Assembly (NCBI GenBank): GCA_030295235.1
Contig: AP026132.1
Coordinates: 744,001 to 808,000 of the forward strand
Source of the DNA: Fistulifera solaris
Taxonomy: Eukaryota
Direction: 5' to 3'
Length of the DNA: 64,000 bases
Positions 47,956-60,004 of this stretch are shown here, in pieces. Both the position numbers and the translations under genes were made by a program. How positions within the stretch are numbered: the first letter of the stretch is position 1; each line of letters starts with the position of its first letter. The notes below the pieces were generated by a model. The model did not search any database and was not told where the DNA came from. It saw only the letters and a program-made list of their open reading frames with translations.

Positions 47956-49139
47956 TAATGCAACTTGTTGCCGAACAATTTTTTGTCTCGTGCGGAGTCA
48001 GCGAAGGCAAATCACGGCATATCCGTCGTAAAGAGGATACGTGCGAGCTATCCAATGTCGGACATCAGCCGTCTTTCTTTAGGCGTAAAGTGTGACCCAG
48101 CAGATCATGCTAAATCCTTCCGAGAACAAGGATTGCCCTCCAAACAAAACCGCGTAGCTTAGACTTTCACAAGCTCAAAAGTTCTGGTTTAAATTTGTTT
48201 CGTTGCAATCTGTTTTCGTGTAATGAATGCTTCAATTAGTAACAGGAATAATGTAGACTGAGGCCGCGGCGCTCAGACGGGTTTGATCGGCCCTTGTTTC
48301 AAGAACAGCACCGTTCTCCCTGTTATTGCTGGGTATCATCCAGAGACGGAATACTGGTAGCGTGCACTCTGTATTGATTCATAATCGGAGGTCCAGACTA
48401 GCCAAAAATCCGTTGAGTGGAAATGCAACACAGGCCGTTTTGGTCGTAGAAAATTCTCATGACTCGGACTCGATCTTCCTGAGATTGAAATATACTTGTT
48501 GGGCCCGAGCGCCATTCTAACAGTGATCAACATTAATAAGGCATGTCAACAAACGATAAATCGACATTAATCTGATACTTGGAAAGGAAGAACGCAATGC
48601 TTTATGTGTTTATGTGTTATCGTCGCAACAATAGAAGCGATGCGACCACGATGATTCATGACTGGAATACAATCACGGAAAAGGTCACCTACACTTGGGC
48701 TTATAGTAATTGGTTTTTTTTAAATAAAAAAAGAGAGGACGATTTGGCAAATATTTCCGACGTCTAAGCTATCGAGGCGTGTTACAAATGCCTCTTTATT
48801 GGCCACTAGAAAAGTCCACTGTAATTAAAATCGTAAGAACGACGTCGATTGTCCCTCAAAACGTAGAAAAATGGAAGTATTGAATGCTTCGAAAGTCTAC
48901 ATGCCTTTCACGTAGCCGCACTAGGAAATTATCGACGATCGGCATTCCGGCATCCGAGCTACAAGAGCTTGATGATAGGGATGAGGTTTTCTCTGGCGTC
49001 ATCCGCGATGAACGAAGCCGAGGCGCAAAAAAGCGGGGGAAGCAAAAAGCCATACAACAAGCAACGACGTAAAGGAAGAACTTTTCCAACGTTCCTTTGT
49101 TGTAACGATTGAGTTAGCAGAGACGTAGGGCGATGCCCG

Positions 49140-50833
49140 TTGCCTGTATTCGTCTTGAAGATGACGACGCGAGACATTGTCATGAGTCTCGCCCTTTGGT
49201 TTTACGAACGACGAAGTTCCTCTTTGTCGGGTGAACACTTTCGAATAACTGTCGCACAGCAAGATGGCTTTGTCGACGTAGATAGCAAAGGTATTTTCTT
49301 TTCGGGTTACTGCATTTCGATGCTGGACCGTCTCGCGGAACGAGCTAACTTCACCTATGACTTGCTACCGCCCAGCGGGAAGGGTACCTTATGCGAACAC
49401 AACAATACAGAGCGGCAAGCGTACGATCCCTACTATCGTCAGCAGTATCTATGCGGCCAGTCCGATGTCAATGATATCCCTGTCTCGGGGTATACCACCG
49501 ACATGTATTTGAGTCTGTATTATATCACACCAGAGCGTTTGCGAATGAATCAATTCAGTGTGCCGTTCCATCCTCCTACCACGGGCAGTGTAACAATGTA
49601 CGGAACAAGCACTCATATCAATACATTCAATGATTTGTTGCACCTCCAGAAAACTGCGAAGCACGGACCCGTTTGTATACAGCAGAATACGGCGCAAGAA
49701 TCATACATGAGAAATAGTTTTCCGGACTTGAATATGATACGGATACCCGGTGGAGATAAAGAGTTCTATCATGCACTGGAGAAGGGAAACTGCGATATGA
49801 TGATTGCCGAATATCCAGTAGCAACGCGATTTGTTTACTTGCAGCACCAGAAAGGGCGGTGTCACATTCGAGGAAAGGTATGAGTCAAAGATTGTTTAGA
49901 GTGTGGTAGCTGGGTTGATTCCTCACTTCCTCTTCTCTGGTCATTCTGAAGCCCTTGGGGGTCATAGGAGATCCTTTGGACTTTGGATACAATCAGTTCG
50001 CAATAGGAATTCGAAAAGATATCCCACTGAATACAGTCTACACTCTGAACTACTGGATGGCGACTTTGATGGGATGCCCGCCATCTGAAAACGAAATCGG
50101 CCTTTGTCGAGGCGAAAAAGACAGCTTATCTATTCTTTACGCAGACATTGGTGGGTCTGGTGGAACTGAATGTGGCTACGTAGCCTTTCCATCAAATGAA
50201 GATGATCCTTTCCTATCGGCGGGTGCCACTGCTGGTGTTCTTGTTGGCATCGGTGCGGTTTTGGCCATTGCATTAAGCTTAGTCTTCTATCGAAAATCGC
50301 TGGAGCAACAGAGGCGGTACAAGAAACGTTTTGTCCAGCAAATCGCTCGCAATCTGACGATCGGACCTTCACCAGGATGTATCCCAGCAGATCAGTTAGC
50401 GAAAGAAATTGAACATATCGGTGGAAAGAAAGGAACCATTTCAAAACATGATCTTGCAAAGTGGATGTTTGATGTCAAGCTAACGTTTTTGTCAGAGAAA
50501 GACTTTGATGCATTGTGGGGTGCCATGGACATCGACGGAAAGGGCGCAGTCGATGCAATCGAGTTTATTTCATTCTTGAGCTGTTGTGGAAGCGAGTTCG
50601 AGGAAGTGTATGCTGAACAGCAAAAACTCTCGAAATTGGAGCGGTTAAAGTTCGCTGCAAGAAGGCTGGAAAATATCAATGAAGTTGGGGAAGAAGGTGT
50701 GCGCCGAATTGAGAATCGCATGGAGCGGAGGTCGCGACATGGAGTTATCATACCTAAAGCAAGTGATTTTAGAGAGTCGGGTGGCAGAAGAAACAAATTG
50801 AGGACGTTTCAAAGGCTTTTGAAGAAGCCATAG
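49140..50833 (+). CDS. Solute-binding (type II periplasmic-binding/iGluR ligand-domain-like) + single TM + EF-hand protein; start uncertain
   Basis: FSGYCISMLDRLAERANFTY, YYITPERLRMNQFSVPF, FAIGIRKD; TM AGVLVGIGAVLAIALSLVFY; EF loop DIDGKGAVDAIE. Intron 49878..49951. Confidence 0.75.
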
Positions 50834-51358
50834 ACGAGAGTGAGTCATGATGCTTTGTGATCAACAATAGTCTAATAATGTTTTTATGTATAGAAATTTT
50901 GGTTTGCTTTGTCAATCGATTCGAGAGCCTCTAGTGGGAGCTTCGAAGTTTACTCATCAGTTCACTGTCTTTCGAAGTATCGCTTCAACGAGTCGAACAA
51001 AAAAGCGTCTAGAGACTACATGGTCGAGTGAAACTGAAAGGTATGAACTGGTCCAAGTAAGGGATAATCTAAGGCCGAACGCAATAATCATTGTCGAGAC
51101 AATCAGATCTGTAACGTAACATGTGTAACTATCTATCACTAACATAATGCAATTCCCTCAACCTTTCCTCTCGTTCGCGGTGACTACGACTGGTAAAGAA
51201 CATGAGGTTGAGTTTCAAAGGCTAATCATCCAGTTGCTGTCGTTGTTAGATCTGGATCATGATAAGCCTGGTAATTCTGTTGTTCGCATGAAGCTAACAC
51301 AACAAAGCATGTAGCACAAAAAGGTGGGATTTGCAAAATCCCTTGGGCGCTTGAGGCT

Positions 51359-53277
51359 CTACTGGTGCATGACCTCCATATCAATACCCTCTCCAATTGC
51401 CCAATCTCCGTCCACAAGATTCATGAGAAGATCGTCTGCATCCCCTCCCCACATTTCTTCCGGAACGACATTTAAATTCTGTGGCAAGAAAGATGACTTT
51501 CTTGCGTGTTTTGCCTCTGGGGCACCCTGATCTTCAGTCTCCAACAGAGGGGCATGAAGTGTCGCCGCTTCAAGAACGGGGGCTTCGATCGGTGCGCTGA
51601 TTGGAGCACTTGGCACGGGCATGGGCTGAACAGGATCATGTGCAAAGTATTGCATCGATGATACTGGTGTAGGTGCCGGAAGTACCATTTTGTTACCGGC
51701 AAGAGAAACAAAGGATGGAGCAGGTGCTTCCGGAATAATTTTCTTGACAGGCCCTAACACCTTGTTCACCAGCTCCGAAGCGCTCTGCTGTGCATCCTCC
51801 GGATTTATGGGAGGTTGGTGGACGCGCTCCTCCCTCGCCGTCGTCTCCACCCATTCTCATTTCCGCCATCCCTCGTTTCAAGGATCCAGTAGAAGCAAAC
51901 GAGTTCTCACGAGAAAGCCCTTCTTCTTTTCGTTCACACATCCAAGCGACTCGAAGAGTGGTCGACGCGATAACTTCTTGGCTTCCTTGGGTGACACTGC
52001 GGGGGGTTTTGGCAAGGGAACACTCTTCAAAACACCTTCCAGCCGATGATTAACGATGTACAAATTCACAGCTTCATGCTGGATCTTTGACAATTTATAA
52101 TCGGAGTGCTCCGTGCAAGGTACTTGCGAGACTTTGTCTTTCAGCTTTTGACGATTGCGAGTTGCCCACAATGCCAGCTTTAGTCGCTGTGCGGGCGAAA
52201 GCACCGCTTGTGTAGCGTTCTCTCTTTCCCCTACACGATTTGTTAGAGCCTCGATTGCATCGTGTACAGACTTCATTGTCTTCTCAGCAGCGAAGGCAGT
52301 ATGCCGGTGAAGCCAGGACTCGGGGGCTTGTAGAAGGACACGTTGGTAGCTTCGGACCTTTTCTTCTTGCTCATACGACAACCCGACTTCGTTGCAGAAA
52401 AGAGGCCACATCGATTGCAAAGGAGTCACTTTGTCTGTACCGGCGGACAACATCTGATGAACAAAATTTGAGCTGACATTAAGGTCAAAGAAACAATAAC
52501 CACACTCGAACTTACTCTTTCACCGATGCGAGCAGCAGAAAGACGCTCGCTGGCCGCTCTTCCGCCTCGAAAGTATGCATCGTTTTGCAAAGAAAGCCAT
52601 AGAGTGAACTTCGTTGAAGGAGGTAGCACAAACGATTGTAGTTGTTGCCAGTGGAACGTGTTCACGACACGCAAAGAATGGCTTGTTCGCGATAAACCTT
52701 TCTCGAGCACTTCAAGTTTATCGATGGTAGGCGACTCCGTTAAAATGCCCACTCTCTTCTGATGAATCGTCCAGACGGCCCGTGAAACATGTTCACGGCG
52801 TCCTCGATCAACTTCTCGACTCAGCTGATTTACATTCTCTTCGAGCACCTCAAGATATTGCTTGCGTCTCCGACGACTCAAACGAGCAGACTCGCGGTTG
52901 CGTTCTAAACGCTTTTGCCTGCGCTTCACTGTGTTTTCTTCTCCGTTCGTGCCCTGCAATCGTCCTTTCACCGAGTTCTTTCGACGACTAGGGTTAGCTT
53001 TGCTCTTTTCGTCCTGCGTTGACGAAGTCGTAGCTTGTGAGGGAGCCGGCATGATCGGAGTCGTGATCACACGAGGAAAGTTTTCTTGAGTGATATCTTT
53101 CATCGGCTGAGCTAACGGGTTCGGTGTGGTCGAAGGAAAAAATTCAAGCTGAGGACTTTCACTATTGGTGCTCATGGAATCGGTAGGATCTGGGGATAAG
53201 CTCCCCCGCCCTTCTTTCGTCATGTCTGATAATGAATTTCTCGAATCAGGTGCGGTTGAGGTTGTGGGGGAATGCAT
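51359..53277 (-). CDS. bZIP transcription factor
   Basis: RRQKRLERNRESARLSRRRRKQYLEVLEENV; intron 52454..52515; single-base indels near 51927-51930 and about 51800-51840. Confidence 0.9.
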
Positions 53278-54014
53278 TACCAAAGCTTCACCAGCAACTA
53301 GAACGATCAATTGTTTGCTTTTAAAGAATAAGGATGTGCGGAATGCTTTTCTTGTAGCTTTTGATGGATATTCTCGCTCAACGAGAAAGGTTCAGCTCGT
53401 GGGCAGAAGTAGTTTTGCATGCGTAGAAGTTCTACCAGGTACCGAGAAAGCAAACGAATTGAAAAGACGCTTCAATCGTCATCAACAAACGCAAAACATG
53501 GTGCCGAAACCAATCCTGCGTTCGCATGCGCTACTACTTTCCGTATAGTAAAGAGCAAAAGACACAGAGGAAAATATTTCGACAGAAAGTATCCATTTTT
53601 CACTCCACCATTATCGCATAGGTATTGCATGATAGTTACTTCTTCTACGTAGTCATAATTAGGAAACGTCTAAACTTGGCCACGTCACTCAGTCGTTTCT
53701 CTAGAAAGAAAGCAGGAACAGTAGATATTACTCTTTGAATTCACACTCAAATATTTACTATCTCTTTTTGTGTGCCAAAGAAAAGGAAAGTTGCCCTTTT
53801 GGTTCGTGTTCTCGCCACAGGCAGGAATAATAAATAAGGTCATTTGTCCATGTCTCAACAGCAAGTTCACGATTTCTGTTTAATCCCTCTTTTCGTTGGA
53901 GATCTTACTGTAGAATGAGTTGACGGAGTAGAAAATAGGGTCAACTTTGTTGGCACAACGATGATGATTTTAGACTAAGGTTATTCAAAATTTATAGGCA
54001 ACACTTAAGGCCGG

Positions 54015-57000
54015 CTACCAGACTTTTTTGGATATTAGGTTTCGTATCAAGGATCCCATAGGCCAATGGTCCTGATATGGAGGGTCGACTGCACGCTGTA
54101 TTATGCGATTTGCATCGGACTCGTTTATCTGCATCAATAGTGTCCCCAAGAAAAGCGCATCTTTTTTCCCTTGTTCGTCAAGTCGCAAGCATTCACTAGC
54201 TAACTGTCGAACGGTTTCTACGCGGCCATGGGCTGAAGATAAGCGCCCACTGACACAGTAATACTGCCAACCCCATTTTCTGGGCCAAAAATACTCGTAA
54301 GAACACCACGACCCATATCGACCATCCGCAGACCTCGAACACCTTGCGTTTCGGCAATATCTTCAAGACGATCCACTTCGTCATACCTCATACAAAGGTC
54401 TGTCACGGTTTCAAGAGATAAATCGTTGAGGTGGCGAAGAGCTAATCTTGCGTGGCCACGCCGCTCCAAGAAATAAGCTAGACCTTCATGTGAATTTCTT
54501 TCAAAAGCGCTTATCCACTGGGAGGCTCGTTCTATCTGCCCCGAAGCAAGTAAAGTACCAAGACGTAGTATAGGGTGTTCCAGAGACAGAGCATAAACGC
54601 CACGTAGCGTCGACAAAATAAGACTTCCTGACTGATAGCCTAAAACCGTAGGTTGCACCAACGGAAGGAGGGCAGGATCAGGCGTCAAAAGGTTTGTAGG
54701 CTTGGCCTGGTCTAGCTTACCCATAACTGATGATCTGTCAGTAGCTGCCAACAGATACGAATCCAAAAGAGAAATTCCACCCGTCAGGTCGCCAAGCATT
54801 ACACAATGAACAGAGTTCCACGTGCAACAATAAAGCACTCGGTGTACAAATCGAAGGCTAGTCAACGGTGCAAGTGGTTGGGATGGAGAAAAAATCCGAA
54901 CGTTTCCGAGCATGCAAAACTCCGAGTTCTCTAATTGATAAATTGACACCCGACTTCCAATTGATATTGCACACAAACAACCATCATCATCCCAAGTACA
55001 AATGTCTGGATAAGGTAGCGTGGGGCCAGTGGCCGAGTAGGTCTCAGCATTATTACCCTCACTTTTCCGTCCATAAAGCTGTGCGAAACCTTCGTCTGAC
55101 TCGCCGTCTTCTGGTCGACTGGCAACACACAAAACAGGTCCGCCAAAAATTGCAGTGGGTATATTTCCGTGTCTGCCGCGTAAAGAGAGAATCCCTAAAC
55201 TTATCTTCGATGCAGGTGATGTAGAAACGCCTAGCGTACTAGGTTGAGTATCATTCGAAAACAACTGGAACAGTTCTACATGTCGCGTTGACAACTGCTT
55301 CGACATCGCTGTCTGAGGCGGAGGTGATGTCATAGAAGCGGTGCTGACACTGACTGCTACCGAATTTTCTTCGTCATCAATAGTTTCTTCATCTTTGCTT
55401 TTTCGGTTTATTTTCCCAAACAGGCCAAACGCTTTCTTAGTAAAACCCTTACTCCCACTCTTTAGCGCTGATCCAGTTCCCTTTACTGCCGCCTTCGTTA
55501 TGGGAGTCGTGAGAACCTTTATGGCTGTTCTCGGCTTCATTATTTGCGGATCTTCAATTTCGTTTCCCTGAGCAATCATTTGTTCCCATCCAGGCACTTG
55601 TAGAACAGCATAAACGTCGCTATCACCCACCCAGCAAAAGTCGGCGATTCCATTTCCTTTCGCCACACAAGGGTTTGCATTCGTTGCGGTTGTCGCTGCA
55701 CCGCGGGCTTTTCCTACCTTCTCCAGTAAGGTGCCCAAGTGCAAAATTTCGTAGCGAAACTCAGCTGGCCATATGATCGCTGTGTACAATCCGGATGGGC
55801 TAACCTGAATACTGTAGGCACTGGATCGGAATGGCCTCTTCCCTGCTTCACCGGGTAATTCTGTAGGCATGGGAGAGTCATACACATCCACTTGTCCCTT
55901 GGCGGGCATGACTCCGATTGGATTTGAGGTCAAGGAGTCGATTGACGCGTAGACAACTTGCGAGCTTCTTACACTTAGAACAGCTTTACCGAAAGAGCCC
56001 ATATTCGACCCGAAATGTAGGTGTCGGGGTCCTGCACAAAAAGGGAGAGCAACCTCTAAAACTAAGAGACCGACATTGGTAGCAACTGCGATTTGATTGG
56101 CAGTCGGTCCGAGGGAATGCGTTTTGACAGCGTGAATTCGTAGCGCGCCAAACGGATTGTCAGCACCCGAATTTTCTCCAGCCGAATGCGTCCATTCTTC
56201 TAAATCCAAGTCTTTGTCCCGAACAAGTAAGTCGGCCAGTCGCAAACTCAGAATTGAGGAGGTCTCCACGGTTTGTGGGCGGTGCTGATATGGATCACGC
56301 AAATTGGCACCTTGTAAGACAAGAGTAGCAGCTGCTGGTATTACTCCGATGGTAACCAATGTTTGTTCATGATCATCACCGAAAGCGGCAGCCGTTACAC
56401 CGCTGGGTTCGATCATCACCGTCCCAGTGCCTGCTCCAGGTAACACCTTCAGCGTGGGCTCTGGTTTCAACGGACCCGCATTCCCATCAAGTTGCACAAA
56501 TTCATTATTCAAAGCTTGCAAGTTCCACACATGCATTACTGGTTGAGACTGCTGTGGCTGCGGACCTTTTGGTTGGTACCACAAGACCCAATCTCGGTGA
56601 GCATCATAGGTCAAAAGTGAAGGTTCAAGAAGGGGGTCGACATTTTCGGACAGTCCACCGGATAAACGAGCGAGCGGAGGTCGCAACTCCAAGCTGGAAT
56701 TCGAAATTTCGAGCTCAATCAAGTAGGCTAACCCATTCTTAGTCACTGTAATCATGCGGCGACGAGAGGCGACACCAATTTGCCCCATCCCGCTGTATGT
56801 ATTGGCGGCTTTGATCTGTACAATCCAGTCCCCATTTCCCATGCCCTTAATTGATTTGATTGCTTGCTGTGACTTTCGATCAAAGCATTTCAGTGAACCA
56901 TCATTGCAACCGACCAGCAGCCATTCTTCTGTTAAAGGTAGAACGTTCGAACTGGGAGCGACCCCTAGCGATTCCTCGGAGAGATGAGCCAGAATCATAG

Positions 57001-57615
57001 ATGGTAGGAGCACACTCGATGACCTCTTTGTATTCGTCGCTGCTACGGGCAAAATTTGTGATTGCTGTTTGCCTCGACGTAAGTTTAACACTATTATTCG
57101 AGATTTTGTCTGAACAATCAAGCCTTGCCATCGTTGTATTCCGCCAGCGGTTTTGCGTCTCACTTCTTCTATCATCCCACTCCAGTACAATGTAGCCGCA
57201 TCGTAAAATTCGAGACTGACTATATCTCCTAGCGAGTTCGCACGAGTAACCCACTTCGAAGAGTCTGTTTCGTTGAACAAAGAAGCCGCAATATCCATCC
57301 AAGAAGCCATCGACAATACTTGCTGCGTCACCGTATCTTGCACACAGACGCACTTTTGCGAGCTCGGTGTTTCGTGCTGCACAACATACGCCACACGATT
57401 CAGAGAAGGATGTAGCGTAACATATTTGGGGATTGTTTTTCGTTGCACGAAACTCGATGACGGAAGTTGACTGCAATCCTTTCGAGCTTGCAGCGCAAGG
57501 AGGGCGGCATTCAGAGATGTTTTGGGATTACTGCTGACACCGACAGCCGGTGTCAATCCAGGTGTAACTAAAACCTTTTTAGTCGAAATGTAGGGAGATT
57601 ATGAGAAGAAGACAT
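54015..57615 (-). CDS. Large beta-propeller/alpha-solenoid coat-like protein (TSET TTRAY/coatomer-like)
   Basis: 1112-aa ORF with WD-like segments (LLVGCNDGSLKCFD) and LAYFLERRGHARLAL. Extends to ATG 57615 and stop 54015 if single bases are added at 57576-57580 and about 54237. Confidence 0.65.
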
Positions 57616-57968
57616 GATATGACAGCAAATTCAAGGCGGTTCCCCCAACTTAAGATCTTTTCGGAAGGAAAATAAAATCGCATCGAGCATCGACATTCGA
57701 GCTGTATGCATTGCGACTCAACTCGAATGCAGTCCCGGGACGTGTTGGTCACTTTCAACACTCCCTTATCCCTTAGCAAGCTGAGTGTCTCTCGGTATCT
57801 TTGTCGACCAGTCCATGCAAGCCTAAATATAATGTATTTGCCCGTTTCGCTGCTATTAAATTGATGTAGTTGTTGGATTGTTATACACAAGCCGCTTTTG
57901 TGTGGACGTGTGGAAACGAAAACTAGAACTTTCAACCTAATTGCAGTGATGGCTGCTATCTTTATGTT

Positions 57969-59336
57969 TTACTCGACAAGCGAGGCAATATCTACGTGAA
58001 AGATTCGGAGGTTCCCATCGTCACTGGCAGTCATAATGATGGATGACTTTCCGCCGCTCGTGAATTGAACACTAAGATCATTCAACACTTCCGTGCTACC
58101 CGTCAGTGTTTGCAGTAATTGGCCATTTCGAGCGTCCCAAAGTCGAACGGAGCCGTCTGTATAAGTGGTGAACACGAGCGCTAAACTAGGATGCCATTGC
58201 AGACGGGTAATACCTCCTGAATTCCCTTCATCAATTACGGGACGACACACATGTCGACATTGTCCATCGTTGGCTAAATCCCAAACTTTTAAAACGCCGT
58301 CCACACCACCGGTGGCGCACCAGTTGGGGTTTCCTGGTGAAAAGGCTACCGTTTCAACGCTTGTCGGCAATTCAGCAAACTCGTCCACATCCTTGGGGAT
58401 GTCAAAATGACGCAGGGAACAAACTACTTTCAACGTTCCAGTGTGACATACGTGAGCTTGTCCATCTTCAGCTCCAACAATCACCAGCATACCGTCTACT
58501 CCACCGCCCATCGCCATACTTGTTAATGGTGCTTCCAGTCGGAAAACATGTTTACTCTTGCCCGACTTCGGGGCCCAAACTCGAAGAGTACCATCCGAAC
58601 TCGCCGACACAGCCCATCGTCCATCCGGTGTGAAATTGACAGCCGTTACAGCACTTTCATGTCCAACAAACACTTGTAGACACTTATTGAGAGGTAAATG
58701 ATACATCCAAACGGTGCCATCGGCCGCCGAACCAGCCAACAATACAGTCCCACCCTTGGGATGGAATGCCAGACATTCCACATCCGTCGGTCCTTCCAGT
58801 TGTAATACTTTTTCACCGTTGACAGGATTGTATAGCATGATAGCTCCGTCATAGGCTCCTACGGCAGCCAATGGAGGCGTTTTCGTCAAATCGTCCGAAA
58901 CAAAGGGCAAATTCAATGTGACACAGGATACACTGTCGGAGTGCTCATGAGGCAGTAGCATTGATGTAGTACTCCCAGACAAATCAACGCTGTGTAAATA
59001 GCTCTTATCATCGCCTCCGCCACTCACAATGATAAGCTTTTGAGACGGTTCATCATAGTGGGATGCAATGGCATAAATCGCATTATTGGCATGAGATTGT
59101 ATCGTGACGTTTGACATATCCGTGACGTTCGCCATAACATCATCTGCTTCCGTATCTTCCACTTCGTCTTCATCATCGTCATCATCCATAGGAACGTCGT
59201 TATCATCAACCTCTACTTCGACTGCGTCATCAGCGCCGACAAAAACGGGCGTATCGTCGTAATCGTCTTCTTCCTCTTGCAGGTCCGTCGGCAGTTCGCC
59301 TTCCGCGTCGTTCATTGCATCTTCTTCTGAGCTCAT
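57969..59336 (-). CDS. WD40 protein, Sqt1/AAMP-like ribosome assembly chaperone
   Basis: Acidic N-terminus; SGGGDD, LEGPTDVECLAFHPKGGTVLLAGS, QVFVGH, FTPDG, LRVWAPKSG. Confidence 0.85.
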   Translation of the reverse strand: MSSEEDAMNDAEGELPTDLQEEEDDYDDTPVFVGADDAVEVEVDDNDVPMDDDDDEDEVEDTEADDVMANVTDMSNVTIQSHANNAIYAIASHYDEPSQKLIIVSGGGDDKSYLHSVDLSGSTTSMLLPHEHSDSVSCVTLNLPFVSDDLTKTPPLAAVGAYDGAIMLYNPVNGEKVLQLEGPTDVECLAFHPKGGTVLLAGSAADGTVWMYHLPLNKCLQVFVGHESAVTAVNFTPDGRWAVSASSDGTLRVWAPKSGKSKHVFRLEAPLTSMAMGGGVDGMLVIVGAEDGQAHVCHTGTLKVVCSLRHFDIPKDVDEFAELPTSVETVAFSPGNPNWCATGGVDGVLKVWDLANDGQCRHVCRPVIDEGNSGGITRLQWHPSLALVFTTYTDGSVRLWDARNGQLLQTLTGSTEVLNDLSVQFTSGGKSSIIMTASDDGNLRIFHVDIASLVE

Positions 59337-60004
59337 TGCGGTAGCTAGTACGTTGGTATGTGTATTTTAGCGACAACTTCTGTTGTACAAAGGGGCGAGA
59401 TCTCGAAAGAACAAAATGGGATCGAGAATGTCGTTGCTGGCAGAACGGAGGAAAAAATCGTGGTCGAAGGCACGCTCGAAAATGTGCCCGCCCATGCATC
59501 GCATGACAGACGAATGATGAAGGATGACGTCTTTCACTGTGTTTTCTGCGTGATTTTCGATTTCTCGACCCGTTTCTGCTTTCATCCATACAAGATTGTA
59601 CCTTGATTGCTGAAGTAATTAGGAAAGGCGCGTCATAGTAAATTATGAAAATAACGGTCGCAACCTTTTACTTACCCGATTTGGCGGTACAAAGCAGCTG
59701 TCGGCGACGCTTTCTTCAATCTTGTATGGAAAGGATTGTACGCCGTTAGGGTCGTTTCTGCCAGCTGTGGTAATTATTTTCACCGGCTGCTTGTTCCGTG
59801 TCCGCGATGAGGGGGAGGTTTCTTTCCATTCCGACCGATCCAGAGAAAGTTCGAAAACCCATCACGGACAAGAAGATCGTCAACGGCACCTGTTCATTGA
59901 CAAACGTAACCAATCCATCCTTATCATTGCCGCACGCATGCTGTTGCCTGCCGATTGATACTGTTTCAGTTGATTCGGAGAATTAGAACGTTTGGAAAGC
60001 AACA

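Noticed and set aside
1..57615. Calling the frameshifted genes pseudogenes or programmed-frameshift genes
   Set aside because: Indels go in both directions in unrelated base runs, share no slippery motif, and catalytic residues are intact.
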